A stretch of 63,576 nucleotides of DNA, the filler included, from Folioceros fuciformis (taxonomy: Eukaryota), in the NCBI GenBank assembly GCA_049999805.1. It is 13 parts of 13 records of this genome, joined end to end, with 100 filler letters (N's around TTAATTAATTAA, not from the genome) between each part and the next. Parts side by side here need not be neighbours in the genome. Positions count along the whole stretch, not along the records: positions 36,456 to 45,192 come from JBNGIO010005914.1; positions 45,293 to 47,215 come from JBNGIO010005916.1; positions 47,316 to 55,442 come from JBNGIO010005919.1; 10 more parts are not named here. One strand, written 5' to 3'. The notes under the pieces are model-generated. The model was not told the origin of the DNA. It made no database searches and saw nothing but the letters and a program-made list of their open reading frames with translations. How positions within the stretch are numbered: position 1 is the first letter of the stretch; the number at the start of each line of letters is the position of its first letter. Positions 40,120 to 52,867 of the stretch are shown one piece after another. The translations under genes were made by a program, and so were the position numbers.

Positions 40120-41230
40120 ATAAATGTAGATGGAATGTGAGGCGAACAGCGTTTCTAATTGATAGCTTGTGGGCTTTCTGGGTGGAAAGACTTTAATGGA
40201 GATTGTATTACGAAAGACTATCCTGAGAGCATATGAGATATCGAGTCTCCAACATATACGACTGTTGATGCTCACTCCGAATTCCACCCACAGTAAGCTT
40301 ATATGTACGTATTCAAACATGTTCACACACCCCCCTTAAAGTACAAACGTGAAGAGGAGATTGGGAAATCATGAATGATCTGAAAGTTAGAATGTAGAGG
40401 TGAACTGTGAATGCTCAATCTTGGCTAGAGGTTTGGTCAATATATCTACCACTTGTTCCTTTGTAGGCACATAGGTGAGGTATACTTTTCCGATTTCGAC
40501 CTTTGTTCTTAAGAAGTGATAACGAATTTCTATGTGTTTGGATCGATCTGGTCTATCATGTAGGTAACCGAGATCGTTCAAAAGCTGAACCAACCACCAC
40601 ATACCTTCCTGAGCATGAGTTGCTACTGCACTGTACTCTGATTCTACAGAACTTCAAGCTACATTGGTCTGTTTCTTAGCTTTTGAGTTAACAACACCAT
40701 GTGCCAATAAAAAATTAATACAAAGCCACTTGTGGACTTCTGTGAATCCGGATAACCACAATAATCTGCACCTGTCTAGCTTACAAGTTTAGTATGGGCT
40801 CCATGCCCACCTTGGTATTTGATCCCCTTACTTTTCGTATGTTTCAAGTATCGAAGAATACGCTCTATGGCAACCCAATGGGCTTGGTCAGCGTTGGATA
40901 GGAATTGAGACGTAAATGAGGTTGAAAAGGCTATGTCTAGCCGCGTATTCTGCACAAGCTATTGAAGGCTGCCAACAACTCCAACATATGGAATGGATTT
41001 CATTTTTTCTTCTTCCGTGAGGGTCTTCTTTCACATAGCCTTGCTAAGGCGAGGACATGTCCGCATAAGAGTCTCAGGAGGATTACAATTTCTCATGTTG
41101 AACTTGTCCAAAACATCAATCACATATTGCTCCTGAAGTAAAGTAATGATCCGCTCAATCGTAACCTGTACGCCTAAGCAAAATTGCATAATGCCATTGT
41201 TCGTCATGGAAAATCTACACAAGAGTGCAC
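40120..41230 (-). mobile_element. Degenerate Ty1/copia RT-RNase H with PPT and probable LTR
   Basis: RSKHIEIRYHFLR, VDILTKPL and FCLGVQV. PPT-like TTAAGGGGG|TGTGTGAAC on the minus strand at ~40325-40340. Confidence 0.8.
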
Positions 41231-41383
41231 CTTTGCATCCTAATAGGTATTTTGCATCATTGGAACATCTCCAATCTACAAGTGGCTCAGCTCATAAGGT
41301 GGCCCTAGAAGAGGATATCGATGATTTGAATGTGGATGCCTGGTTCGGTTTGAAGGAGGTTCTCAAATCCCTTGAAGGTCACA

Positions 41384-44300
41384 TGTCTAAAGGGTAACCC
41401 TATACTAGTCACCTAAAGAGACACATTAGGGTTATGTGACACACATGATACTTAAAAAATAATTTCTCATTAATCAATATACACTTTTGGTATCTTGTAA
41501 GCGCAAGGGGTCTTCACTTTCCCGGCTCTCACCCTTTGCTACCTCAAGATTTACATGGTATCAGAGCCTTTGGTTCTAATGCTTCATTCTATCTCCTAAT
41601 TATGCCTTGGCGCAGTGGATCTGCCGGTCAGGGGAGTGGCTCGTGCTTTTGCAGATGTGACAACTCACATCTGACCTCTAGGACAGCTCCAGCCGAATTG
41701 AACGCCGCAGTGTACTCTATTGTGGGAAGGACCGGGCTCCACAATGAGAATTGGTTCAAAGACAGGGAGGGCGCTGTGAACTCCAATGACGGGATTCCCA
41801 AATTGGAGATTCCTAGGCTCGAGACCGATTTTACGGGGACCGGAGGAGGGACAGGCGATAGTGGCATGCCCGTGGATCACGAACGTCGGCCGCTTCAGGC
41901 AATACCTGCAGACCACCAAGACCGCACCGGCCTGTGGATTCTGGTCCCTCTTTGTGGACTGGAACTCGCACCCAAGAACCACCAAGGGCCACACTTTCCC
42001 CTTATTATCGTCTACTCCCCATCTTGCTGGCCAAGGACCCCATGACTCGGTAGATCTACTCATCTAGTGCCTGCAGTCTGTATCCAGACAGCTAACCGTC
42101 AGCCAGGGCCCGGGCACCTACCCTTGCATCTGCAGTCAGCCGGATCCGCTCGAAACCACAGCCCGAATCACGCTGTCTTTCTTGCTTAGGATCCTGTAAC
42201 CAGGCTGCAGGCCGCTGCCCGGCTCTCGAATCCAGCCCCCAATCGTCTCAGGCCAGCCACCTACCGGGATTTCTCCCCCCCAGCCAGGTTTTGTAGGTTT
42301 CTCACTAATTAGCAGTGAGGTTGAAATGTTCTCCACAACTGCGTTCCATCCCCAGCACCGTTGCCCTATGAGGTCCTCCTGTCCACAACCATGACCCCAC
42401 CCTTAAGCAGGCATGTTGCACTGTGAACGAAGGGAGAAGGACGGCATGGATAGAGGGGTGCATAGGCAGCAAGGTGACAAGGTCTCCCCTGTGGACCACA
42501 TTGAGCATGGCCCAGCGTAATGCAGCCCTTGCGGACTTCACATCATCCACCTTCAGTTCCCCTGGCCATTCGGCCACCACAGGCGGCCCAAGCTCAATCC
42601 GCCCGTCCTGCCCATGCCGGACCAGCCTGGATCCACTTGCAGTCGGTCCAGGCTGCTTGCCTGTAGCCAGTTTTCCGCACTGCTGGGGCGCTTGCCCGCC
42701 CAGATTCGACTAGACGCCAGCAAGTCGCCAGCCACTGCATGCAGGCGGCCTCGCAGCGGCAGTAGGGATAGGGGAGCACCGGGTCCAGCTCTAGGCAGGC
42801 AGACCCGACCAGGCAGGGCAGGCCGGGTTGCAGGTGACCTGGCAGCTATTGATGAGGAGCAAGCCGTCCGGCAAGCGGTTGGGTAGCAGCGTCCCGGCAG
42901 GCCGACTGGTCGAGGCTTGGCCAGAAGGGGGCTGGCTAGCAGGTGAGGCTTAGGCGGGGTGTGGCTGGCCGATCTGGGGCCAGCCAGGCGGGTTGCAGGC
43001 AAGTAGCCGGGTAGGCCAGATAGGTGGCTCCCCTACCAGGGTCAAAGAAAGGGGACCTCAGGTCCGATTGGCAATCTACGATGGAGACCAAACTGGCGGG
43101 ATCGTCAGGCGACGGCGGGCTGGCTGGATCATGGCCAAAGCAACCGGGCTGTAGGTAGGCACGGCCACCGGGCCGGCTGCGGAGGAGGCTGCAGCGGACT
43201 CAGGCAGGATCCGGGCTGGATCCAAGTAGGAGGCGGCACTTGACTTGGACCAAGCGGGGTGCAGGCGAATCCCGGCAGGCAGGAGGCAAGCTAGGCGGTC
43301 CAGTCATCCAGGCGGATCAGAGGTGGGAGCTGGCCGGATTGCCAGGCAGCCAGCGGGCGGACCAGTAGCAGGCTGGAGGGTAGTCAGATGGTAGGCAGGT
43401 CTGGTGCTGGCTGGATCACGGCTGGTAGATCAGTCGAGGGGCAGGAAGCTGCTCTTGCGACCCTGGTGGAAGGCTCTGGTGGAATTAGGGGCCAGATTCG
43501 AGTCGAGGTCCCAGCTAGATCCAGTGGGCAAGGTGGCCGCAAGGCAAAAGGGGGGAAGACGGATCGCCAGGCGGGTGCAGGCCAGCAGCCAGGATCGGCT
43601 GCAGGGGTGCGGGATCCGGTAGGGGCAGGCTGGCTAGTCGACTCTGGATGGCTGGCTAGTTGGACGGCTTAGGAAGGCAGAGCCAGGCTAGGTTGCCTAG
43701 TTGCAGCCAAACCGAGCTGCAGCCGGTACTCAGCTGCTTGCTTGCAATCGTCTGGCAGGATCCACTCCGCCACTTGCCTGCTAGACCCCGCCGGGACCTT
43801 AGCAGGGCCCCAGCCTGCTAGATCCGGCTGGCAAGCTGGACATACCCACCAGCCAGCCCTCTCGCCTTGCTCCACCTCGACCAGCCGCCAACAAGCTAGC
43901 CGGCAGGATGGCCTGTCTTCTGGGCTGCCTGCCTACACTAGTGTCGGCCCGCCGCTTGCGCCAATGTCGGCTCGCTTGCCCCTCAGCCACCAGCCGCTAC
44001 AAGGGTGCAAGTCTCCAGGCCCTGGCCTGGAGTCTTGCACCCCTGCGCCCAATCGTCTAAAACTAGCTCTGACCCTGCCGCGCAAATCCAGCTGCCCGGC
44101 TAGTCTTCCCGTCACGACCCGACCCGCCTGGCCCATCCTCGACCTGCCGGCCGAATCCGACGGCCAGGCCCCTGCCATCTTGCTGCCTATGCAACCAGCT
44201 AGTCAGCCCCGCTGGTCGCATGGCCGGGCCACTGCTGGCTCCAAGCTTCAACCAGGCAGCCTTCCCACGAGGCCCAGCCTGCCTGCTCTCAAGATCCTCA

Positions 44301-45192
44301 GCCCTCAGCGCACCTAGGCAAGGTCATGGCAAGTCTAAGCAGGCCACCCCCATGCCTATGCCCAACCGCCTTCGGCACGCTCCTGAGGCCCCAACTCACC
44401 CTCACACGCCCGACTTAGGGTTCCACACACGCCGGCGTCCCTCTCCACGGGCACACCCTACCCCCTACTTCACATTTTCCACGGCCACGGGTTAGCTAGA
44501 CGATTGTTGACTTTCTAAACTGCACCACCACTATCTCCTAATCATCCTATTTAATCTAGTCTTATCTAACATAGTTTCCTAATTACCTCTCCAAGGAATT
44601 CTATCAAAACTCCAAAAAAAACAAATACCACCCATTTTCTAAGGGGCCTATCCACCATGTGGTCTCCACACTCTTCTAGGGGAGACACCCCTAGAGAGTC
44701 CCACAATGAAGTTGGTTCCAGCCGATTGGACGCAACTCTCAAGGAGATACTTACCACGGTCGATTCTCTCCACACGAGACTTCTTGTTAACAATATGCAA
44801 ACATTGGCAAGCTTTGATGTTCTCAACGAGAAATTGACATCTAAGATCAAGGAAATCACTGATTACCTGCAAAGATTGGAGATTGCTACTCCCAACATCC
44901 AACAAGCTACAGTTTTTCCCGATCATCCACCTTCCACTGCCTGAGAGCCACGAGGTGCGAAGCGTCGTGTGTGCTTTCGCGACCCTTCGATCTGCGCCAA
45001 CACCTGGCAGACTGGCACGCCTTCCAGTCTGCATCACCAATCTGAGGTCAGAGACGTCACGCCTCGTCAGGTAAAGCATTACTTGTCGGTTGGTGGTGTT
45101 CCAAGCCAACCGACAACCCTCCCCTACTCTCTTTCACTAACAGATTGTAGTGCCGGGGATGGATCTATCGAGCCACACACGAAGAACCAGTC
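41384..45192 (+). mobile_element. LTR element with a short LTR, Met PBS, gag remnant and long GC-rich non-coding interior (non-autonomous-like)
   Basis: LTR 41384-41555 (TGTC...TTACA). PBS TGGTATCAGAGC at 41556-41567. Gypsy gag-like PKLEIPR / WITNVGRFRQYL at ~41790-41910. Confidence 0.75.
42455..42556 (-). pseudogene. Fragment of a universal stress protein (USP-A-like) N-terminus
   Basis: VDDVKSARAALRWAMLNVVHRGDLVTLL matches the plant USP pattern V-D...AL-W-A-L-x-N...GD-x-V-x-LLH. Confidence 0.6.
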
Positions 45193-45292
45193 NNNNNNNN
45201 NNNNNNNNNNNNNNNNNNNNNNNNNNNNNNNNNNNNTTAATTAATTAANNNNNNNNNNNNNNNNNNNNNNNNNNNNNNNNNNNNNNNNNNNN

Positions 45293-47215
45293 GGCTCCAA
45301 GCGTATCATCATTAGTAGGGATGTGATTTTTGATGAGGATAGAGATGCTGCAACTAAGATCGTAAATGCATCTATTGTGGGTGATCATGAGTTTACTGTG
45401 CCTCCAAACGAAGTAGGAGAAGACAATGCTCATTGCTCATGCTGATGAGAATGAGAAGACTTCTAGTGAAGGAGAAGTTGAGGAGCAAGCACCAAGACAG
45501 CAAACTCCTCCACCTAAGAGGTATCCAGCAAGGGAGCGGCGCCCACCTAAGGATTGGAGGGAAGGGCCCGAGTTTGCGTGTGTGGCTGTGGCACATGGAA
45601 GTGAACCCATTACAGTGGCTAAAGCTTTACAAGGACGAGATCGTGAGCACTGGAAAGAAGCCATGGATGAGGAGATGAAGTCGCTCCAAGGCAACAATAC
45701 TTGGATGTTGACTACATTGCCTCCAGGAAGGAATGCCATCGGATGCAAATGGGTGTTCAAAATTACGAGCAATTCAAGTGGACAAATTGATAGATTCAAG
45801 GCTAGGTTGGTGGTGAAGGGATACGCTCAAGAGGAAGACATTGACTACAATGAGACATTTGCCCCGGTTGCAAAGTTTGCATCCATTAGAACCTTACTTG
45901 CAGTGGGAGCAATTGATGATTTGGAAATCCATCAAATGGATGTGAAAACAGCATTTCTGAATGGGGATTTGGAAGAAGACATTTACATGGAGCAGCCTCA
46001 AGGGTATGTAGCAATCGGCAAGGAGGACCTGGTCTGCAAATTGAAGAAAGCCCTCTATGGATTGAAGCAAGCGCCATGAGCTTGGTATCAAAAGATTAAA
46101 TCTTATCTTTTGGAGCAAGGTTTTCAACCATGTACAGTAGATGAGAGCATCTACACTTCTGAGGTCGCACAAAGTAAGGTAATCTTAGCTATGTACGTGG
46201 ATGATCTAATCCTACTAAGTCCATCTCTAAGTGCTATTGCTAAGGTGAAGGAGATGTTGTCAAAGAAGTTTGAGATGAAGGACTTGGGGGAGATTCATTA
46301 TTTCCTTGGAATTGAAGTAGTAAGAGACAGAGCTGCACGCATCATTAGGCTTGGCCAGCAGAGGTATGTGGAGGAATTGTTGGAGCAGTTTGGAATGGTT
46401 GATTGCAAGCCTATTGGAACTCCTTTGAATTTAGATGTGAAGTTGTGCAGGGAGCATTGCTCCTTACGAGATGGGGAGAAGTATGAGATGAGCAACATTC
46501 CTTACAGGGCAGCAGTTGGAAGTTTGATGTCTGCCATGATAGGAACGTGTTTGGACATTGCAAAAGCAGTGGGAGTAGTGAGCCAATTTATGCAGAGTCC
46601 CGGAAAACAACATTAGATTGCAGTAAAGAGGATCATGCGATACTTGAGAGGTACAAGCAACATGTGGTTGGAGTTTTCAGGTGCAAACAAAGACCACAAT
46701 CTTGTTGGGTATTGTGATTCAGATTGGGCAAGTGATTTAGATGATAGAAGATCAACAACCGGATACGCCTTTACCCTAGGAGAAGGTGCCATCACTTTGA
46801 ACAGCAAGAAGCAACACACTGTGGCCATATCCACTATGGATGCTGAGTACATGGCATCTACTCAAGCCACCAAGGAGGCCGTGTGGTTGATAAAGCTAAT
46901 GGAGGACATTGGTTATAAGCAGCAGCAGCCAACCACTCTTAGAAGTGATAGCCAAGGAAGTATGGCTTTGATCAAGAACTCGGTACACCATGCGAGGACA
47001 AAGCATATTGATATTCAACATCACTTTGTGCATGAGAAGGTGAAACTATTGGAGGTTGTCTTTGAGTATTGCCAAACGGAGGAAATGGCTGCAGACTTTT
47101 TAACCAAGGCAGTTAGCAAGTTCAAGTTTGAGAAATGCAGAGGATTGCTTGGATTGAAGCAAACTCAAGTGCGCTGAGTGGGAGTGTTAAGAGTGATTAG
47201 TGCTGAGAGTAATTA
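45293..47215 (+). mobile_element. Ty1/copia integrase end, RT, RNase H, PPT and LTR start (2 nonsense mutations)
   Basis: IISRDVIFDE, GCKWVFK, YVDD and GYCDSDWA. Stops at 46077 and 46614. LTR TGTTAAG starts at 47185. Same family as 12654-14294. Confidence 0.95.
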
Positions 47216-47314
47216 NNNNNNNNNNNNNNNNNNNNNNNNNNNNNNNNNNNNNNNNNNNNTTAATTAATTAANNNNNNNNNNNNNNNNNNNNNNNNNNNNN
47301 NNNNNNNNNNNNNN

Positions 47315-48079
47315 NAGAAGAAGGAGGAACTGCTTGTAGATTTGGAATATGATCAAGAGCGACTTGTATTGCCTTCACTTAACTTAAACTAAAGATAGTA
47401 AGCAAGTTTCTTCTAGCAATTTCTATCTGCCTCCCTTGATCTTCTACATTGATTAGAATAGAGCCAATAAAGTTAGCAATAAGTATGGAATCTCCTACTA
47501 TTTGGCTATACTTCCTAGCAATTCTAATCTTTGCATTCCTATATTCTATATCTTGTCTTGCAGCCTTAATCTTCTTCCAGTAGCCTTGCTTGCAAGGATT
47601 GAAGGAATCCATCACGTTGGAGCAAGGATTGGATGCACTGAGTGTGCATTATTGAAGATTAGGGAACCTGCAAACATGACAGCAATCTAACGAATCTATA
47701 CATCTTCTAAAAAGAAATGAAGAAGAAGATGAAGAAGAAGTGTAGAGCAGCATGTCAAGTTGCCCAATGCAAATAGAGAGCAGCAATGCTCTGATACGGT
47801 GATGATAATCATAGCTGCTCTAGGTAGCAAAACATAGCAAGCAGATAGTAGAAAGCTTTGCACAAAAAGAGTTGTATGCATATATTATAATAGAAAGTAC
47901 AAAGCCTTTATATAGGCTAAGTGGTTACAACCATAAGGTGGTTGTAACCATAAGTAGTTCTAACCTTTAAGTGGTTGTAACAACTAACTACTCAATAAAC
48001 TACCTAAAGCCCTAAGAACTAAATAAATTAATAGTCTTAGGTGCCCTAGTGAAGAGTGCCCTAAATAGGTCATATTTCA
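47315..48079 (-). mobile_element. Probable LTR inserted into the CRE-like element
   Basis: AT-rich, with a TATATAAA box and GGTTGTAACC-type repeats. Starts TGAAATATG on the minus strand exactly where the REL ORF is cut. Confidence 0.5.
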
Positions 48080-48811
48080 TGAACCCGGGGGGTTGATAGT
48101 GACATGCTCGCTGAAGGTTGTCCGAGTGGGGTCTATGACCACCACTTTCGCTGTAGACACTAGGTCCCCCTTGGTCAAGAAAAGGTTTGCCATGAGGGAG
48201 ACACCATTTAGCAAGGTATATGGGCGCTCCTTGTAGGGGAAGAAGCCACCCTCCTTGGCCAAAGAAAACATAACGTCCCTCACTGCATTATGGGTGGCGA
48301 TACGCTGCCCATCGGTAGGGCAACGCGCCAGGTGGCTCCCAAGGTCATCGAGGGGGACCCCACAACTACAAGAAGAGAGAGATCAAGCCAACGTCTGGAC
48401 CAAGCCTAGGTGGAACCTCATCACGGTAGAGAAAGAAGCTTATGCGATTTAGAAAGCCTGGATGCATGGACGGGCCAACAACCAAGAGCTAGCACCCTTC
48501 CCTGAACAAGATCAAAGGAGTGCCCGAGCCTACTTGTCAATGGAGAAATCTAGCATGAGGCCTGTAACTCTTGCCCATAATGCTTTTCCATGAGGGTGGC
48601 GGCCTGAAGCCCCCTCATACCCCCACAAAGGAAGGAGGAAAAAGAAGGCATGACCAATCGAGCTTGTGAGGATAAGAGATCCCGGGCCCTCTTAAGGGAC
48701 TCCTGGAGGGGGAATGACCCCTCCTCAACTCTCTTAACAAACCCTCCAAGACGCCCATGTTTCTGATGGAGAAGCGAGTCACTAAAGCTGGGATAGAGAG
48801 CGCCCAACTAC
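48080..48811 (-). mobile_element. CRE-like non-LTR fragment (RT C-terminus, CCHC and REL)
   Basis: CSCGVPLDDLGSHLARCPTDGQRIATHNAVRDVMFSLAKEGG...VVVIDP, homologous to 22906-23400. Confidence 0.78.
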
Positions 48812-50626
48812 TGTCGTGAAATTGTAGCAAAAATGGACTTATAGTATAGCATCATGGTGAACGTGATAGTTTAGTGGAATTCAGTTGATTAGATAATAGG
48901 TGATTAAACTAACTCAACCTAAATTAGGTAAATGGCTAAAATACTAGCCATGGCTACTTGCCCACTAGAAGCATGTGGGCTCAGACAGCCCATGGAAAAC
49001 TGCTTGAAGGGGCACCAAACATAAAAACTAAACACAGCGAGGAAAAAGGTAGTTGTCGAAGTCGCTCATGAGAGGAACCACCGGACAACCTAAACCTTTT
49101 TTTGCTGTTCACTAGCCGTCTATGAAAGGAAGAGCTATGCAGATTGAGGGTGTAAGGGAGATGGTGGCATCCCGCTCGTGACTTACCAACTCTGGGCAGC
49201 CCAACGAGGGCAGTCCCCTTTTTGCAGCTTTACGACACGGAGTGAGCTATGGCGCATGTGAGCAGCCTAACATCTTACTTCGACAACTACCTTTGTCAAG
49301 CAATGAGGGCACGGGCGAGGAGCTCTTAGAGCGCAGCCAAGCAGCTACAGCAAGGCAGCATTTGTGGAGCACCCATCCAGACCCGTTTGTGTGAAGTCTG
49401 TCATTTTCCCTTTGCATTGCTAGGGATTTAGGGTTTGTAGGGACTCTAGGGGCGCGGCCAGACATGTGCATTCAGGCAGCAGCCTTGGAGAATCCCTCTC
49501 TTCCTTTGTAGCAGCTGTGAGTCTGGAATGTGCATGCTCAGTGTTGTAGCAACTACCTTTCTACTCGCAGCAGCTACATGTTGATCCAAGGCTCTATAGA
49601 CAGGGCTTAGGAGAGCTGGCAGCTAAGGCACCGCCAAGAGACCACATCGAGGCAGCCCCAGCAAGTCGCTCAGCATTTGACGCACTTAAGCCTCGGGTTT
49701 GGGGTTTGAGGGTGTGGAAGTCAAACTTCAGGAGGACATAACGGCCGCAATTCCGCTTGTCTGCCTTAGATCTACATACCAACAGATTTGTCGTGAAGAG
49801 GCGAACATTTTGGTATGTTTTGCGCTTACTTTTGAGCTGATTCCAGAGACTGATCTTAGATTTTCAGTGTGGATCAGATCANNNNNNNNNNAGCTGATTC
49901 CAGAGACTGATCTTAGATTTTCAGTGTGGATCAGATCACTGCAAGAGGAGGACATAACGGCCGCAATTCTGCTTGGCTCCCTCTGATCTACATACCAACA
50001 GATTTGTCTTGTAGAGGCAAACATTTTGGTATGCTTTGTGCTCACTCTTAAGCTGATTCCAGGGACTGATCTTAGATTTTCACTGCGGATCAGATCACTG
50101 CAGGAAGAGGGACATGGCTGATCATGGATGCTTTGGGGAGGGGTAGATTTCTTGTTCCCTCAGTACTCCAAGAAAGTTGTGTTTCTTTGCTTTCTGATCA
50201 CAATTACACCTGCCCAGCAAGCCTAGGGAATTGAGATTTTCCAGGGGTAGGATTTTCCCAAACTAGGATTATCTGGATAGGGAGTAGCTGAGCTTTGCTC
50301 ACACTCATTCAGACTGTGGGGGGCAGCTGTAAGCTACGACCAGACGCGGCATGAAGGGAGGCCACCATCAGATTATTTGGGAGGAGCTAACCCTCATTTC
50401 TTGCATGCGTGGTTTGTTCGAACCACATGTTTAGGGGCTCGTTTTGCCTTTGAGAACAAGGGTTTGATTTGGAGGCCAGCAACAGCCAGTAGAAGCCTGA
50501 AGGTACTGTGGGTACAACTGAAGCAGTGTGTGGTGTCCCAGCGAGAGTCACTTCCCTAGGCCCGATGTTGTCAATTGCAGCACAGCACCTCACTGTTTTT
50601 GCCAAGCACCAGCTGTAGGTGTAACA
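48812..50626 (+). repeat. Putative 5' LTR (~1.8 kb) of the DNMT-gypsy element, with ~160-bp internal tandem repeats
   Basis: Starts TG where CRE homology stops and ends GTAACA, followed by G-TGG (PBS-like). Repeats at 49731-50107. No second LTR is in the window to confirm it. Confidence 0.5.
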
Positions 50627-50640
50627 GTGGTGCATGGGGT

Positions 50641-52457
50641 ATGCAACCAGATCAGCAAGAGGCCAGCCTACGTTACCGATTGAGGAGTCGAGACATTCCT
50701 ATCAGGGTATCACCGGAGCGTGCACAACGGAGGAGAAGATGGGCAGCTCGACGACGCCAACTTGCAAGTGAAGAAGACTTGAGAGAGGACTTGGAACCAG
50801 CAACATCCGTTGGGCAACCCAGCTGGTCACCCCTCTTAGACTTGGGCAAGATTGTTGTGCTAACTAGCTCAAATTTAGGGGGTCAGCTAGTTTGTGACGA
50901 GGAACCTGAACAACAAGGGTCTCTCTATTCACAGCAATCATTTGTGAGGTCACAGCAGACACATCCAGGGTTTGCTGGGTCTGTCCTTGGTGTAGGGCAA
51001 GGCCTGGGTGACTTGTCTGAAGGGTCAGACACCATGGAGGGTGGTTCATCAGGGTTTAGGCCTGAGAAATTCTCAGGCAGACCAAGCACCCAATCCTTAA
51101 GGGACTTCCGCTTGTTCATCAATGCAGTCATCAGCAGGGTGAAGTTCAAACATGGTGCTGCCTACAACCACCAGTACATGTTTGAACAGTTGTCCAGCTA
51201 CTTAGCAGATGAGGCATTGGATTTGTACGAGGCTCACCAGGCTGAGCTATCGGGCACAATTGCCACTCCTAACCCAGCCCATCATTCGGCTCTACAGTTG
51301 GCATATAATGCCAAACTGGCAGCAGCCATTAATGACCATCAGGCTGAGATTGTAGCCAAGACCATCTCCGCCACCACACCACCTCCAACGGTGGTGAATT
51401 TGACACTAGCAGAGCGGGCTACTGCCACAGCTGGTGTGCAAGAGTTTCTACACACTTGCAAGTACCTGAACCCAGTGGAGGAGTTCCTAGCTATTTTGGA
51501 GAGGGCATTCCCACTGAAGACCCCAGAGAAAATTGCAGAACTTGCTGCCTTTGCTCGCAAAAAGGGAGAGACAGTCCAGATGTGCTTCAGGAGGCTACAG
51601 AAATTGAGGGAAGGTACAGGGATGTTAACAAATCAGGAAGCAGCGCAAAGGTTTTTGACTGCACTTGAAGGAGACCCGTTGTTTCATTTCCAGCTGGTTA
51701 CATCCTTGGTGGACAAATATGGGGACAAGTATACTTTGGAGCAAGTGCATGAAGAAGCTGAGAAGAAGGAGGTAGCCTTTTCGGCCTATGCCTCTCGGCA
51801 TTCCAAGGCCTTCACGCACTACCAGTCCATGTTCTCTAGCAAGGGGGCAGCTAACACAGGTGCAGGAGCCAAGGCTGGTCAGATTAAGCCAGTTAAGGTA
51901 GCTTCAGCAGCAGCTCCAACGGCAGCAGTGGTAGCCATGTGTAACCATTGTGGCAGCCCTGAGCACATGTCCCCTGCATGCAAGTGTCCTCCGGAGGGAC
52001 TCTACTGCACCCATTGCCAGAAGAATGGACACGTGGTTACTGTGTGCTTCCAAAAGCACCCCGAACGAAGATACCAGAAGATTGGTACCGTAGGGTCTGC
52101 AGGAGCCACAATTGCTAGTGTGGAAGCAGGAGGAACTAGGAGCGTTGTTGGGTTGTCCCGCAGTAAGCAGCAGCGTGACAAGGCCAAGGCTAAGGCAGCC
52201 GCCACTGCTGACAAGGTCAGCTCCCTTGAGGCTTCCATGGCTGCCATGACAGCTCAACTTGGAGTCTTGACAGCCAACCTGTCCAGCATCACCGGCTCTT
52301 CCAAACCAGCCAATGTGGTGAAGTTGGTACCAGGACCAGAGGATGAGGATTATGGCCCAGCACACCAAGTATGTATGGTTGACAGAATTGGTGAGAGCAG
52401 CATGGAGGTGGAGTTGCCAGCCACATGGGTGGGGCAGAATTTACAGGTGGTCATGGG
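50641..52457 (+). CDS. gag: Gypsy-type Gag with two CCHC zinc knuckles
   Basis: FRPEKFSG...LADEALDLYE, FARKKGETVQMCFRRL, CNHCGSPEHMSPAC and CTHCQKNGHVVTVC. The frame is interrupted by the solo LTR at 52458. Confidence 0.85.
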
Positions 52458-52867
52458 TGTTGAGATGTCACCCCCGCCATGCTCAAAGGAGGTTAAAACA
52501 AGTTAGTTGAAGCAAGATGCAGAATCCCAAAACTAAGAGCACTATAACAAGGCTCTTAAACTAAAATAAAAAGGAGAATTACAAAAACAACACAATACAA
52601 GTGAAGAGGGAGTTAGACTGCCTATACTAAGTGGGTTCATCCCTTCTTTTATGGACCTATGGGTGGCACTCTCATTTTGTGCCCAATATGGGATAAATGA
52701 CCCCAACCAAACCCTACAATACTTCGTTTGCCCAACATAGCAAAGTCTAATAAGCTATATATATTTATATATATTAATTATAACCTTAATCACTCTTACC
52801 ACTAATTAGTACAAACTCAATAAGCTGGATTAGCACTAATTAATCTCAACATTAATCATGCTTAACA
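52458..52867 (-). mobile_element. Copia solo LTR (410 bp) with a 5-bp TSD
   Basis: Reverse complement of 13889-14294, with TG..CA ends. ATGGG is present at both 52453-52457 and 52868-52872. Confidence 0.95.

Noticed and set aside
42553-44495. Overlapping ORFs in the GC-rich tract
   Set aside because: Expected by chance at high GC; low-complexity translations in all frames.
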